From an uncultured Acidobacteriota bacterium (GTDB lineage: Bacteria; Acidobacteriota; Vicinamibacteria; Vicinamibacterales; 2-12-FULL-66-21), in NCBI GenBank assembly GCA_963749835.1, contig CAVVOD010000003.1, positions 976,721 through 1,040,720 of the forward strand: a stretch of DNA of 64,000 nucleotides, read 5' to 3'. Position 1 is the first letter of the stretch. Each line of letters begins with the position of its first letter. Shown here one piece after another: positions 53,137-62,896 of this stretch. The notes below the pieces were generated by a model. That model was given only the letters and a program-made list of their open reading frames with translations. It was not told the origin of the DNA and did no database searches. The position numbers and the translations under genes are program-made.

Positions 53137-53933
53137 GCGGTCGCCTCCGTCCGCACGGCTTTCGTCGTCACGCTCGAGAAGACGAGGATCGGGTCGCCAT
53201 GCCGCGCGTCGTGGCGTTCGACGCCGAACACGTCCCGGCAGAGTTCCGGCGTCAGCACATCGGGCAGCGGTCCCGCGGCCACGAGCCGCCCACGGCTCAG
53301 GACCATTCCCGTTGTGGCAACACGCGCCACCGCGCTGACATCGTGCGTGGCGATGACCACCGTGCGTCCCGACTCCGCGAGTGAGCGGCCCAGCGCGAAG
53401 ATGTCGAGGGCATGCTGCAGATCGAGGTGAGCCGTCGGTTCGTCGAGGATCAGCGTCTGCGGCTCGGAGGCCAGGCAGCGGGCGATCGCGACGAGATGAC
53501 GCTCACCCCCGGACAGTCGATCGACGGGGCGTTGACGAAGATGCGCGAGACCGCACGTCGCGATCGCCGCATCACTCGCCTGGCGGCCGCGCGCGTGCTC
53601 ATCCGGCCGGCCGCGATGCGGATGCCGCCCCATGGCGACGATCTCCTCCACCGTGAACGCGAAATCACACCGCGTGTCCTGAGGCAGGAAACCGATGCGC
53701 CGCGCAATCTCCGATCGGGACCGCGTGCGAAGTGGCACGCCGTCCATGAGGACGGCGCCGGCCTGGGGCGACCAGAGGCCCGCCAGCACGCGCAGCAGCG
53801 TGCTCTTGCCGCTGCCGTTCGGACCGATGACCGCGGTCAGGGCGCCAGGCGCCGCCCGCATGGTGCACTCGTGCAGGATCGTGCGTCCGGCACGCCGGAC
53901 TGAGACCGCAGTGGCTTCGAGCGCTCCCGTCAC
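53133..53933 (-). CDS. ABC importer ATP-binding protein (importer 1)
   Basis: The GTG at 53933 overlaps the permease stop. Walker A GPNGSGKST, signature LSGGERHL, Walker B LILDEP. Confidence 0.85.
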   Translation of the reverse strand: MTGALEATAVSVRRAGRTILHECTMRAAPGALTAVIGPNGSGKSTLLRVLAGLWSPQAGAVLMDGVPLRTRSRSEIARRIGFLPQDTRCDFAFTVEEIVAMGRHPHRGRPDEHARGRQASDAAIATCGLAHLRQRPVDRLSGGERHLVAIARCLASEPQTLILDEPTAHLDLQHALDIFALGRSLAESGRTVVIATHDVSAVARVATTGMVLSRGRLVAAGPLPDVLTPELCRDVFGVERHDARHGDPILVFSSVTTKAVRTEATA

Positions 53934-54976
53934 TCGGCGGCCTCCCGCATCTGCCGCAACAACAGGAACAGGAAGAAAGGCGCGCCGCAGAGCGCCGTCA
54001 CGACGCCGAGTCGTATCTCCGCGGGCGGCCTCGCCGTGCGCGCGACCAGGTCGCACAGGATCACGAAGGCGCCTCCCGCGACGGCGCTGGCCGGCAGAAG
54101 AGTCCGGTGCGCCGGGCCGAGCAGGAGCCGCACCGCATGCGGGACGACGAGCCCGACGAATCCGACCAGGCCGGCGGCGGCCACACACGCCCCCGTCAGC
54201 AGCGCCGATGTGACCAGCACGAGGCGCTTGGCGGCTTCGACATCGACGCCCAGGGCCGCTGCGTTCTCTTCACCGAGCAGCAGCAGATCCAGCGTCCGGC
54301 CCTGGAAGAGCGCCGACACGATGCCGATCGCGACGAAGGGGGCGGACAGCCACACATGCGCCCATGTCCGCGAATCGAGCCCGCCCATCATCCAGAACAC
54401 GATGTCCTGCGCCACCTGCCAGGTGACGATGTTCATCGAGAGCAACAGGCTCGACAGCGCGGTCAGAAACGCGCCCACCGCGATCCCCGCGAGCAGCAGC
54501 GTCGCCACGGGTGCGACGCCGTCGCGAGTGGCGATCCTGTACACGAGCGTCAGCGCCCCGAATGCCAGGAGCATGGCCGCGATCGGCAGCGCCGCCAGCG
54601 ACGTCGCACTCCACCCCGTCACGAACATCGTCACGGCGCCGAGCACCGCTCCGGGTCCCACGCCGGTCAGGCTCGGCTCTGCAAGCGGGTTGCGAAAGAG
54701 TCCCTGCATCAGCACGCCGGCCGTCGACAGTCCGGCTCCGACGATGGCGGCAACGAGGACGCGCGGAAGGCGCATCAGCCACACGATGGTCACATCCGCA
54801 TTGGACACGCCTGACGGATCCATCCACGCGGCCGGCATCACCTTGACGGCAAACACCTTCAACACCGTCGTCCACGGAAGCGCCGTGCTGCCCACCATCA
54901 CACCACCGACGGCGGCAACGAGCAGGACACAGATCACCACCGCATGAAACACGGCTGGCGACAGACGCCGCGTCAC
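53930..54976 (-). CDS. FecCD/BtuC-family ABC importer permease (importer 1)
   Basis: The GTG at 54976 overlaps the upstream stop. LMRLPRVLVAAIVGAGLSTAGVLMQGLFRNPLAEPSLTGVGPGA and GLVGFVGLVVPHAVRLL are typical of the family. Confidence 0.85.
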   Translation of the reverse strand: MTRRLSPAVFHAVVICVLLVAAVGGVMVGSTALPWTTVLKVFAVKVMPAAWMDPSGVSNADVTIVWLMRLPRVLVAAIVGAGLSTAGVLMQGLFRNPLAEPSLTGVGPGAVLGAVTMFVTGWSATSLAALPIAAMLLAFGALTLVYRIATRDGVAPVATLLLAGIAVGAFLTALSSLLLSMNIVTWQVAQDIVFWMMGGLDSRTWAHVWLSAPFVAIGIVSALFQGRTLDLLLLGEENAAALGVDVEAAKRLVLVTSALLTGACVAAAGLVGFVGLVVPHAVRLLLGPAHRTLLPASAVAGGAFVILCDLVARTARPPAEIRLGVVTALCGAPFFLFLLLRQMREAAE

Positions 54977-55941
54977 GAAGAGCCCTCCGGGTAGAGCGCG
55001 AGGGACAGGGCTTCGACGAGCTGGGCGGTGAACGGTGACAGCGGAAGGAACACCTGGTTCTCGAACACCAGAACACGTCCTTCTCGCGCCGCACGTGTCG
55101 CCGCAATCGACGGCCTGGCGAGCAGTCTCCTGCGCGCTTCCTCCACCGTGCCGCGATCCGCGCCGGCCACGATCCATTCGGGATTCCAGCGGACGATGTG
55201 CTCGTCGGTGACGCGGTCGTAGCCGACAAGTCCGTGGTGCGCCGCCACGTTCTCCGCGCCGAGGACGCGGAGCACATCCGCAAACAGCGTTTTGGAGCCA
55301 TGGCTGTAGGTGCCACCGAGGCCGAGCACCTGCGGCCGTGCGCCGGCCGGCCGTCGCGCGGCAGCGCGTGTCACGACGCCGCTGAAGCGCCGGACCTCTT
55401 CCTCGGCGCGCCCGTCCTCGCCCGTCAGGTAGCCGACGAGTCGAATGTGCTCTTCGATGGAGGCCAGCGTCTCGAACATGGTGTAGAGCCGATAGACGGG
55501 CACGTTCGCATGGCGCAACAGGCTGGTCACATCCGCCCGGGCGGACACGGGCGCGATCACGAGATCAGGATCCAGTCGGACCACGGCTTCCGGATCGCTG
55601 CTCACAGCCGGTCTGTAGCGTTCGAGGAACGGAATCACGTTGCTGACACGGCCGTCGTACGCGCCGACGCTGACGCCCACGATGCGTGAGGGAGGTACGA
55701 CGGCGTATAGGTACTCGTCCGCGTGGGCGTCCTGCGAGACGATGCGGCGCGGCGTGCCGGCGATTCGCACGCGCACGTCATCGGCGCCGGTCGCGTGCCG
55801 CGGGAAGGCGGCGCCTTCCACGCGGACATCACCCCTGCCATACGAGAAGGGGCGTTCGGGTATCGCGAGCAGATCGGCGGGCCCCCACACGTGTATTGCC
55901 AGGCACGCGCACAGCGCGGCGGCTACCACGCGCGCGACCAC
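54973..55941 (-). CDS. Periplasmic binding protein of the BtuF/FhuD class (importer 1)
   Basis: Only the last ~323 codons of the 576-aa ORF look real. The GTG at 55941 gives VVARVVAAALCACLAIHVWG. Also RIVSQDAHADEYLYAVVPPSRIVGVS...LDPDLVI. Confidence 0.7.
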   Translation of the reverse strand: MVARVVAAALCACLAIHVWGPADLLAIPERPFSYGRGDVRVEGAAFPRHATGADDVRVRIAGTPRRIVSQDAHADEYLYAVVPPSRIVGVSVGAYDGRVSNVIPFLERYRPAVSSDPEAVVRLDPDLVIAPVSARADVTSLLRHANVPVYRLYTMFETLASIEEHIRLVGYLTGEDGRAEEEVRRFSGVVTRAAARRPAGARPQVLGLGGTYSHGSKTLFADVLRVLGAENVAAHHGLVGYDRVTDEHIVRWNPEWIVAGADRGTVEEARRRLLARPSIAATRAAREGRVLVFENQVFLPLSPFTAQLVEALSLALYPEGSS

Positions 55942-56531
55942 CGGTTGCCGGCCTTTCTCGTCTGGTCGCGCAGCGAAGAGTTGATGCCGGCCTCGAGCTC
56001 GAGCTGACGCGCAAAGAGCCAGAGAAGATCGGACAGTCGATTCAGGTATGCGAGGATCTCGGGCTGAACGGGATCGGGCACTTCGGCGAGCCGGACGACG
56101 CACCGTTCCGCGCGGCGGCAGACGGTCCTGGCGAGATTGAACGCCGCAGCGACCGCAAGGTCGCCCGACAGCGACCAGTCGGACAACATCCCCTCGATGG
56201 CCTCGATGCGATGCACCTCGACTGTCAGGCGCTCGACCATGGTCATGTCGATGCGCACGGCCGGCTTCGGACTCTCTGGCGGTGTGGCGAGCGCGGAGGC
56301 GAGCTTGAACAGATCCTGTTGAATGCTGCGGGCGAGGCTCGCGATGCCTGGTTCGTCGCAGATCGACCGCGCAAAGGCGAGGGCGGCGTTCAGCTCGTCG
56401 ACCGTGCCGTACGCCTCGACGCGGATGTCCCCCTTCGACACGCGAGCGCCACCGGCCAGGCCGGTCTGCCCTGTGTCGCCCCTGGTTGTCGCGATGCTGC
56501 GCGGACGCGTGGCTGGATGATCGGCGGACAT
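55923..56531 (-). CDS. pduO: PduO-type ATP:cob(I)alamin adenosyltransferase
   Basis: ATG at 56531. TTRGDTGQTGLAGGARVSKGDIRVEAYGTVDELNAALAFAR...IQQDLFKLASAL...AFNLARTVCRRAER...YLNRLSDLLW. Confidence 0.85.
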   Translation of the reverse strand: MSADHPATRPRSIATTRGDTGQTGLAGGARVSKGDIRVEAYGTVDELNAALAFARSICDEPGIASLARSIQQDLFKLASALATPPESPKPAVRIDMTMVERLTVEVHRIEAIEGMLSDWSLSGDLAVAAAFNLARTVCRRAERCVVRLAEVPDPVQPEILAYLNRLSDLLWLFARQLELEAGINSSLRDQTRKAGNRWSRAW

Positions 56532-56654
56532 ATCCCCTCCTGCCGCCCTTCGCGGCGCGAGGATGTGACCGGTTCTGAACGGGAGAGGAGACGGGAAGGC
56601 AACGCCTGCGCGGCGTTGTGCCTTCGTACCTCCCCCTCGGAGGTCCGGTCGGCG

Positions 56655-56845
56655 TAACACGTCGGCAGGTCTTCGGACTTGCGGGCGGACGATGCAAACG
56701 CATCGCTGACCTACTGACCGTCGCTTCCCAACTCCCGTGGAGTCAGTGCTGATGACGGTGTTCGTTCCCGACTACCGCTGCGGGGCAGTCCCGGATTCGC
56801 ACCGGGTTCCCTCTTGCGACGCCTGGGGCTCAGGCGAACCGACGC
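56655..56845 (-). promoter_or_regulatory. Cobalamin riboswitch (minus strand) leading the pduO-importer-cobQ-cbiZ-cbiB operon
   Basis: Minus-strand read: agagGGAAcCCGGTGcgAAtCCGGgaCTGcCCCGCAgCgGTAg ... caGCACTGactccacgggagttGGGAAGcgacgg ... gtCCGAAGACCTGCCgac. The B12-box and flanking conserved elements are recognisable by eye. Confidence 0.8.
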
Positions 56846-56944
56846 AATGTCCTGAAACTGTACGAGTCGATCGCATCGTCTGTCAAGACGTGCATCGATC
56901 GCACCGGTGCAAAACTTCTGTTTCAGTTGACGGCGATCGCACGA

Positions 56945-57145
56945 CGGTGTTACAACCATCCTCCCTTCGGGTGCCTGCGATGGGCATAACAGGGAAGTCC
57001 GGTGAAAGTCCGGCGCGGTTCCGCCACTGTGAGTGAGGGCGTCTCGCTTCGACAACCACTCAGCGTTCGATGCTGGGGAAGGTGAAGCGGGCAGCGAATC
57101 ATCGGATTCGCACCCTCCGAGCCAGGAGACCTACCCGAGGGCGAT
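56945..57145 (+). promoter_or_regulatory. Cobalamin riboswitch (plus strand) leading btuB
   Basis: acaGGGAAgtCCGGTGaAAgtCCGGcgCgGttCCGCCACTGTgag ... caaCCACTcagcgttcgatgctGGGGAAGGtgaagcgg ... gaGCCAGGAGACCTaCCc. Confidence 0.8.
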
Positions 57146-57417
57146 AGCTGTCTTTTCTGCGGAGAACAGAAAACATGCGCTGCCCACTCCTGGCGTCATT
57201 TCCCACATCGTTTAGAACAATCCGCCCTGTCTCGCGCCGCTTAGTCCCGTAGGCACGCCGCCGTCGCGCGTCTGCTGGCCATGCGGCACCTTGCCCGCCA
57301 GGGATCCGTCCGTCGACTGTTCACCCGGCTTCACCGGTGGAGCGGGCTGACGTGCGGTCATGGCACCGACGAGCCGGCCTCTGCGCGTGCGCGCGACATC
57401 CACAAGGAGAGAACGAA

Positions 57418-59692
57418 ATGCAGAAGCTCAGTACGTTCGGGGTGCGGACGCTCACCGCGCTGATGATGATGACGTGGGCGCAGGTGGTGTCGGCGCAGGC
57501 CACGCTCACGGGAACCGTGAATGATCAATCGGGTGGTGCGATCGCGGGCGCCGCTGTGACGATCCGCGGCGTGACGGGCACACCGCCGCGAAACGTCACG
57601 ACAGATGCGACAGGCGGGTTCTCGGTTCGCGATCTGCCACCAGGCAAGTACGAGGTCCAGGTCCGTCACGACCTGTTCGACGTCACCACCACGGCCGTCG
57701 AACTGCCCGTGACACGGCCGCTGCGCGTGACGTTGAAGGTCGCCGGCCTGATCGAGCGCATGGTGGTGACCGGACGCCGCATGGAGACGCGGCTCTCCGA
57801 GACGCCGCAGAAGATCGAAGTGGTCGATGCGCAGGACATCGAGCGTTCCGTGGCCGCCGACATCACGGACGCGCTCAAGAAGAACGCGGGCGTCGATGTC
57901 GTGCAGTACAACGGCGTCCTGTCGGGAATCGGGATTCGCGGGTTCCGTCCGGAGATCTCCGGCATCAACAAGCGATCGCTGCTCTTGATCGACGGACGTC
58001 CTTCCGGCGTCACCAATCTCGCGACGCTCCTCCTGGACAACATCGATCACATCGAAGTGCTCAAGGGGCCGGCCTCGGCTGTGTACGGCGCTTCAGCGAT
58101 GGGAGGCGTCGTGAATGTCATCACGCGACAGTCGCGAGGGCCTCTGAAGGGGGGCGCCCGGGTCGCATTCGGCAGCTTCAACGCGTCGGAGCTTGCCGGC
58201 AAGGCGGGCGGCAGCCTCGGTCCCCGGCTGGACTTCGATGTGAGCGGCAGCGCGTTCAATCAGGGGGACGACTACCGCATGGGCAACGGCGTCGTGCGGC
58301 CGGCGACCACCTACACGACGTTCGACGGGTCGGCGCGGTTGGGGGCGGATCTCGTCCTCCGCATGGCGCGTCGACGGGCACGTGAACGCCTATCGTGGAC
58401 GCGATATCAATACGCCCGGCGACGTCTTCAGCGGTGTGAGCTCGCAGGGGCGGAAGAATCTCGAACGGAGGTCCGAGGATATACGCCTGTCCGGACAGGT
58501 CGGCCGGCACCTGATCTCGGGCACGTTTTACGACGCGCAGGAAGAAGGGCACCTCCGCAACGTGACCACGTCCAATCCGCTCGACCTGCCGTACCTTCCC
58601 TATCTCACCTTCGAGAACTGGTTCGCCTGGCGTGGCCTGCAGGCGAAAGACGCCTGGGGCTGGGGCGGGGCGAACAGCCTCGTCGCCGGGCTCGACTATG
58701 AGCACGTCACCAGCGACAGCCGCTCGTACGCGAGAACAGGAGACCGGCAGGCGCCCTTCTCCGCCGACAATCAGAAGGACACGATTGGCATTTACGCCGA
58801 GAACACCTTCAACCTCCGGGCCGGCCGGACCGTGGTGTCAGTCGGCGGCCGCGTCGATCGAATCGCCGTCGAGACGCGGGACACGCCGCTGAAGACGAAC
58901 TTCACGCCGTCCACGACGACGTTCACCGTGTTCAACCCGAGCCTCGGCATCAAGCAGCAGCTTGTTGCCGGCCTCCGGGCGCATGCTACCGCCGGCCGCG
59001 CGTTCGTGCCCGCGGATGCGACGGCGTTGACGGGCTATACAACCACCGTCGTGAACGGCCGCACGCAGATCAACCAGGGCAATCCCGACCTGCGGCCCGA
59101 GCGGAGCACGAGCGTTGACGCTGGTCTCGAGTGGTTCTCGCCGTCCACACACATGGACGTCACGTATTTCCAGACGACCGTCGCGGATCGCGTTGCCTCC
59201 AACGTGCTCGTGAGTAATCCCCTGCCCCCGGATCCGATTGTGCTCACGTCGATGAACACGCTGGCCGCGCACATCCGTGGACTGGACGTCGAGGCCGTGC
59301 GGCGGATGAATGCCCATGTGACGGCGTTCGCCAATATCACGCACTATTTTTCGCGCAGGGAGCAGCTGCCCACGACCGGCGAGCGCAACATTCTGAATGT
59401 GGCGACGAACACGATCCGGGCGGGCGTCGATCTCGACGTCGGCCGCCTCTCTACCCGGCTGTCGGCGCGATACGTGGACGGCAGACAGGATCAGGACTTC
59501 AACGCGGCAGGATCACCGGTTGTCGACTACCCGGACTTCGTCGTCGCCGACCTGAGCGCTACCTACAGGCTGCATCCGCAGCATGCCGTGGTGCTCACCA
59601 ACACCAACATGTCGGATGCGTACTACTACGAGAAGAAGGGGTACCCACTCGCAGGGGCGTCCTTCACGCTGAAGTATCGCCTTGGCTTCTGA
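57418..59692 (+). pseudogene. btuB: TonB-dependent cobalamin-type receptor with one apparent frameshift
   Basis: ATG at 57418 lies after AAGGAGA. Signal peptide is MQKLSTFGVRTLTALMMMTWAQVVSAQA. Plug motifs IEVLKGPASAVYGASAMGGVVNVIT. The frame fails after ..DGSARLGADL near 58345-58360 and continues in ORF 58382..59692 (..SSAWRVDGHVNAYRGRDINTPG... ending TLKYRLGF). Confidence 0.8.
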
Positions 59693-59699
59693 CAACCCA

Positions 59700-59795
59700 T
59701 TACGTGCTACGTGTTACGTGCTACGTGTCTACGTGCTACGTGTTACGTGCTACGTGTTACGTGCTACGTGTTACGTGCTACGTGCTACGTGCTAC
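59700..59795. repeat. Longest heptanucleotide array of the window: ~13 units alternating TACGTGC / TACGTGT
   Basis: ttacgtgc tacgtgt tacgtgc tacgtgtc tacgtgc tacgtgt ... tacgtgc tacgtgc tac. Fills the gap between convergent btuB and ADOP stops except 7 nt after the btuB stop, and directly abuts the ADOP stop. Confidence 0.95.
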
Positions 59796-62460
59796 TCATT
59801 CAGACCGCAGGGCGACGATCGGGTCCACTCGCATCGCGCGGCGTGCGGGGACATACCCGGCAAGCGTCGCCACGGCGGCGAGAGCCAGTGCGACAGTGGC
59901 GAGCGTGGCGGGGTCGTGCGTCGAGACGTCGAAGAGCAGCTGGCCGATCAGCCGCGACGCCGCGAGCGCGCTGGGCACCCCAACAGCCAGCCCAACGAAT
60001 GTCAGGACCAGCGTTTCGCGCAGGACCATCCGTAGTATCGCGCCGCGTGAAGCGCCGAGCGCCACGCGAACGCCGATCTCGTTCGTCCGGCACGACACCG
60101 AGTAGGAAATCACGCCGAAAATTCCGGTGGCCGCCAGGACCAGCGCCATCGCGGCAAACAGGCCAAGCAGGAACGTGCGGAACCGGGGCTGGGAGAGCGA
60201 CGCCTCCAGAACATCCGGCATCGTCGCGACGTCGGTCACAGGCAGTTCCTTGTCCAGCTTCCGCACTTCCTGCCGGATCGCCATGGCCACGCTGGATGGG
60301 CTCAGCGTGCTCCTGACGACGACATTCGCACCCCAGAAAGGCGCCTGCGCGAACGGCACGTACATCATCGGTCCGGGATCCTGACCGAGCGCGACGTCCC
60401 GCACATCACCGACAATGCCCACGATCTCGCGCTCGACCATGCCGTCCGGTGGAAATCCAAAGAGGAGCCGCTTTCCGAGCGGGTCCTGATTCGGAAAATA
60501 GGTCCGCGCCATCGCCTGGCTGATGACCGACACGCGGCTGGCTGACGCCAGATCGCGCTGATCGAAGAAGCGTCCAGCCCTGAGCGGGATCGCCATCACC
60601 CGGAAATACCCGGGACTCACGGACACGTAGTTCGCCGTCCGCGATGCGCTCGCGGAGGACGGAGGATTTCCCACGATCTCGAATGCCAGGTTGATGGTGC
60701 CGTCGGCGATCGGCCTGGGAACCGCCACGGCCGAATCCTTCAATCCCGGCGAGGCCTGGAGGTTGGTCAGCAACTCGTCGGCGAAGGCGGTCCATTGCTG
60801 CGGTGTCGAGTACCTGAAATCGCGGAAGCGAGATGTCGGCCTTCACCACGTGCTGCACGTCGAACCCGGGGCTCACCGACAGGAGATTGCCGAAGCTGCG
60901 CAGCAGCAGGCCGGCGGCGACCAGCAGGACCATCGCGAGCGCCACTTCTCCCGCCGCGAGGAGACTCCGTGCGCGGCGTCGCCCGGGGCTTTCGCCGGCG
61001 CGCCCGCCTCCTTCGCGCAGGCTCGCCTGCAGATTGGCCTTCGCGGAAGACAGGGCCGGGGCCAGACCAAATGCGCAGCTGGCGACAAGGGATAGGAGGA
61101 GCGCAAAACCGAGAACCCAGAGGTCAACACCGATGTCGTTCACTCGCGGCACACTCGGCGGAAGCAGCGAGCTCAGAACCCGAACGCCCCAGTAGGCGAG
61201 CGCCATCCCCGCAACGCCGCCAAGAAGCCCCAGCACCGCGGTCTCACTCAGCAACTGGCGGACGATCCTGGCTCGCCCCGCGCCAAGCGCCGTCCGAACG
61301 GCCATTTCGCGCGCGCGGGACGTCGCGCGCGTGAGGAGCAGGTTCGCAATGTTGGCGCAGGCAATCAACAGCACCAGCCCGACGGCGCCGAGCAGCACGA
61401 GCAACGGCGACTTCACATCGCCGACGATCATGTCCTGCAGCCTCACCCTGCGGATCTGCCACCCAGCGTTCTCCGCAGGAAAATCCTTCTCGAGACTCGC
61501 GCTGATGGCGTTCAGTTCCGCCTGGGCCTGCGCGATCGACACGCCCGGCTTCAATCGCCCCGTGACCTGGAGCCAGTGTCCCTGTCGTCGATCCATCCAG
61601 CTGCCGAACAGCGGATCCTGCACGAGCGGGATCCAGAGCTGGTCGGTTTTCGTGAGCTGGGGAAAGCGGAACGCCGCCGGCATGATGCCGACGACCGTGA
61701 ACGGACGCTTGTCCAGGCTGATGGAGCTCCCGATGATCCTCGGGTCCCCTTCAAAGTAACCGCGCCACAGGCCCTCGCTGAGCATGACGACGGGGGCCGC
61801 GCCGCGCTTGCCGTCGTCCGGCACGAACATCCGGCCCGAAAGGGGCTTGACGCCGAAGACCGAGAAGAACTCCGCCGTGACGACCGAGGTGTCCACGACC
61901 GACGGTTCCCCCCGCCCTGTCAACGTGAGCTGGTGTTTCTGACTTCCCGCCATCCCGCTGAACACGCCGTCCTGATCGCGAAGCCGCTCGAAATTCGGGT
62001 ACGACCAGCCCGTCCCCCCGATCCCATCCTGCGGTTTCGCCTGGAACACGTTGAATAGCTGGTCCGCCTTCGGATATGGAAGCGGTTTCAGGAGCACGGC
62101 ATTGACGACACTGAAGATTGCCGTGTTGGCGCCGATGCCGAGCGCGAGTGTGAGAACGGCCACGGCCGTGAAGCCGGGGTTCCGGCGCAGCATCCGGAGT
62201 GCGAAGCGGGCGTCCTGGAAGAACATCTGGACGGCGGGCAGGCCCTGGAGGTCGCGGTTGACTTCCTTCAGCTGGGCGACGCCTCCCAACCGGACACGCG
62301 CGGCGCGCCTCGCGGCGTCCGGCGACATTCCCTGCCGGATGTGCTCGTCGGTCAGCATGTCGAGATGCGTCCCGAGCTCACGCTCGAACTCCTGATCTCC
62401 ATCACCAGGCGACAACCATGTGCGAACTCGCGGACCGACGGCCTTGATGGCATCGAACAT
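59796..62460 (-). pseudogene. ADOP-type MacB/FtsX-like permease with one apparent frameshift
   Basis: N-terminal frame 60406..62460 (MFDAIKAVGPRVRTWLSPGDGDQEFERELGTHLDMLTDEHIRQGMSPDAARRAARVRLG...) is homologous up to ..ADISLPRFQ. The continuation YSTPQQWTAFADELLTNLQASPG... to VPARRAMRVDPIVALRSE is in the frame of 59796..60773. Switch is near 60806-60815. Confidence 0.8.
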
Positions 62461-62464
62461 GTGG

Positions 62465-62809
62465 CTATCCTCGCTCGACGACTCGCAGCACGCGCCCGAT
62501 GACGCGCGACACCCGCTCCCAGTTGCGCGCTTCCGTATGGAGCCGCTTGCGCCCGGCTTTCGTGATGCTGTAGAACCGGGCCTTTCTGTTGTTGTCCGAC
62601 GTGCCCCACTCGGCCGAGATCCAGCGTTTCTGCATCAGGCGCACGAGAGAGGCGTAGATGGTGCCCTGATGGATCTGCAGGGCGTCCTCGCTGACCTGTT
62701 CGATGCGGCGGGCGATGCCGTAGCCATGCAGGGACCCCATGGTCTCGAGGGTGTTCAGGACCATCAAATCGAGCGTGCCGCGGATGATTTCCGACTTGTC
62801 TTCAGCCAT
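62465..62809 (-). CDS. PadR-family transcriptional regulator (partner of the ADOP gene)
   Basis: MAEDKSEIIRGTLDLMVLNTLETMGSLHGYGIARRIEQVSEDALQIHQGTIYASLVRLMQKRWI...RKARFYSITKAGRKRL. Stop lies 4 nt before the permease start. ORF-track start 62830 is an alternative. Confidence 0.9.
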   Translation of the reverse strand: MAEDKSEIIRGTLDLMVLNTLETMGSLHGYGIARRIEQVSEDALQIHQGTIYASLVRLMQKRWISAEWGTSDNNRKARFYSITKAGRKRLHTEARNWERVSRVIGRVLRVVERG

Positions 62810-62829
62810 GCGGGCTCCTGTTGCGTTCA

Positions 62830-62856
62830 CACATGAGTGTGCGCAACACTCCTGTG
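62830..62856. promoter_or_regulatory. Imperfect palindrome CACATGAGTGT-GCGCA-ACACTCCTGTG upstream of padR (candidate operator)
   Basis: 10 of 11 arm positions pair. Located about 20-45 nt upstream of the preferred padR start. Confidence 0.35.
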
Positions 62857-62896
62857 CGATGTCAACAGGAAAGTGCCGCTCGACCTCCGGGGCCGG

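Noticed and set aside
55942-56703. N-terminal part of the 576-aa ORF 54973..56703
   Set aside because: It overlaps the pduO gene and the riboswitch in another frame. Real binding-protein similarity begins only near 55941.
57150-57175. Hairpin TTTTCTG-cggagaa-CAGAAAA after the plus-strand riboswitch as an intrinsic terminator
   Set aside because: The stem is only 7 bp and is not followed by a U-tract. It may belong to the expression platform but cannot be called a terminator from sequence alone.
59700-59795. Could the tandem arrays be CRISPR loci?
   Set aside because: The unit length is 7 nt with no unique spacers, no leader and no cas genes. These are simple tandem repeats.
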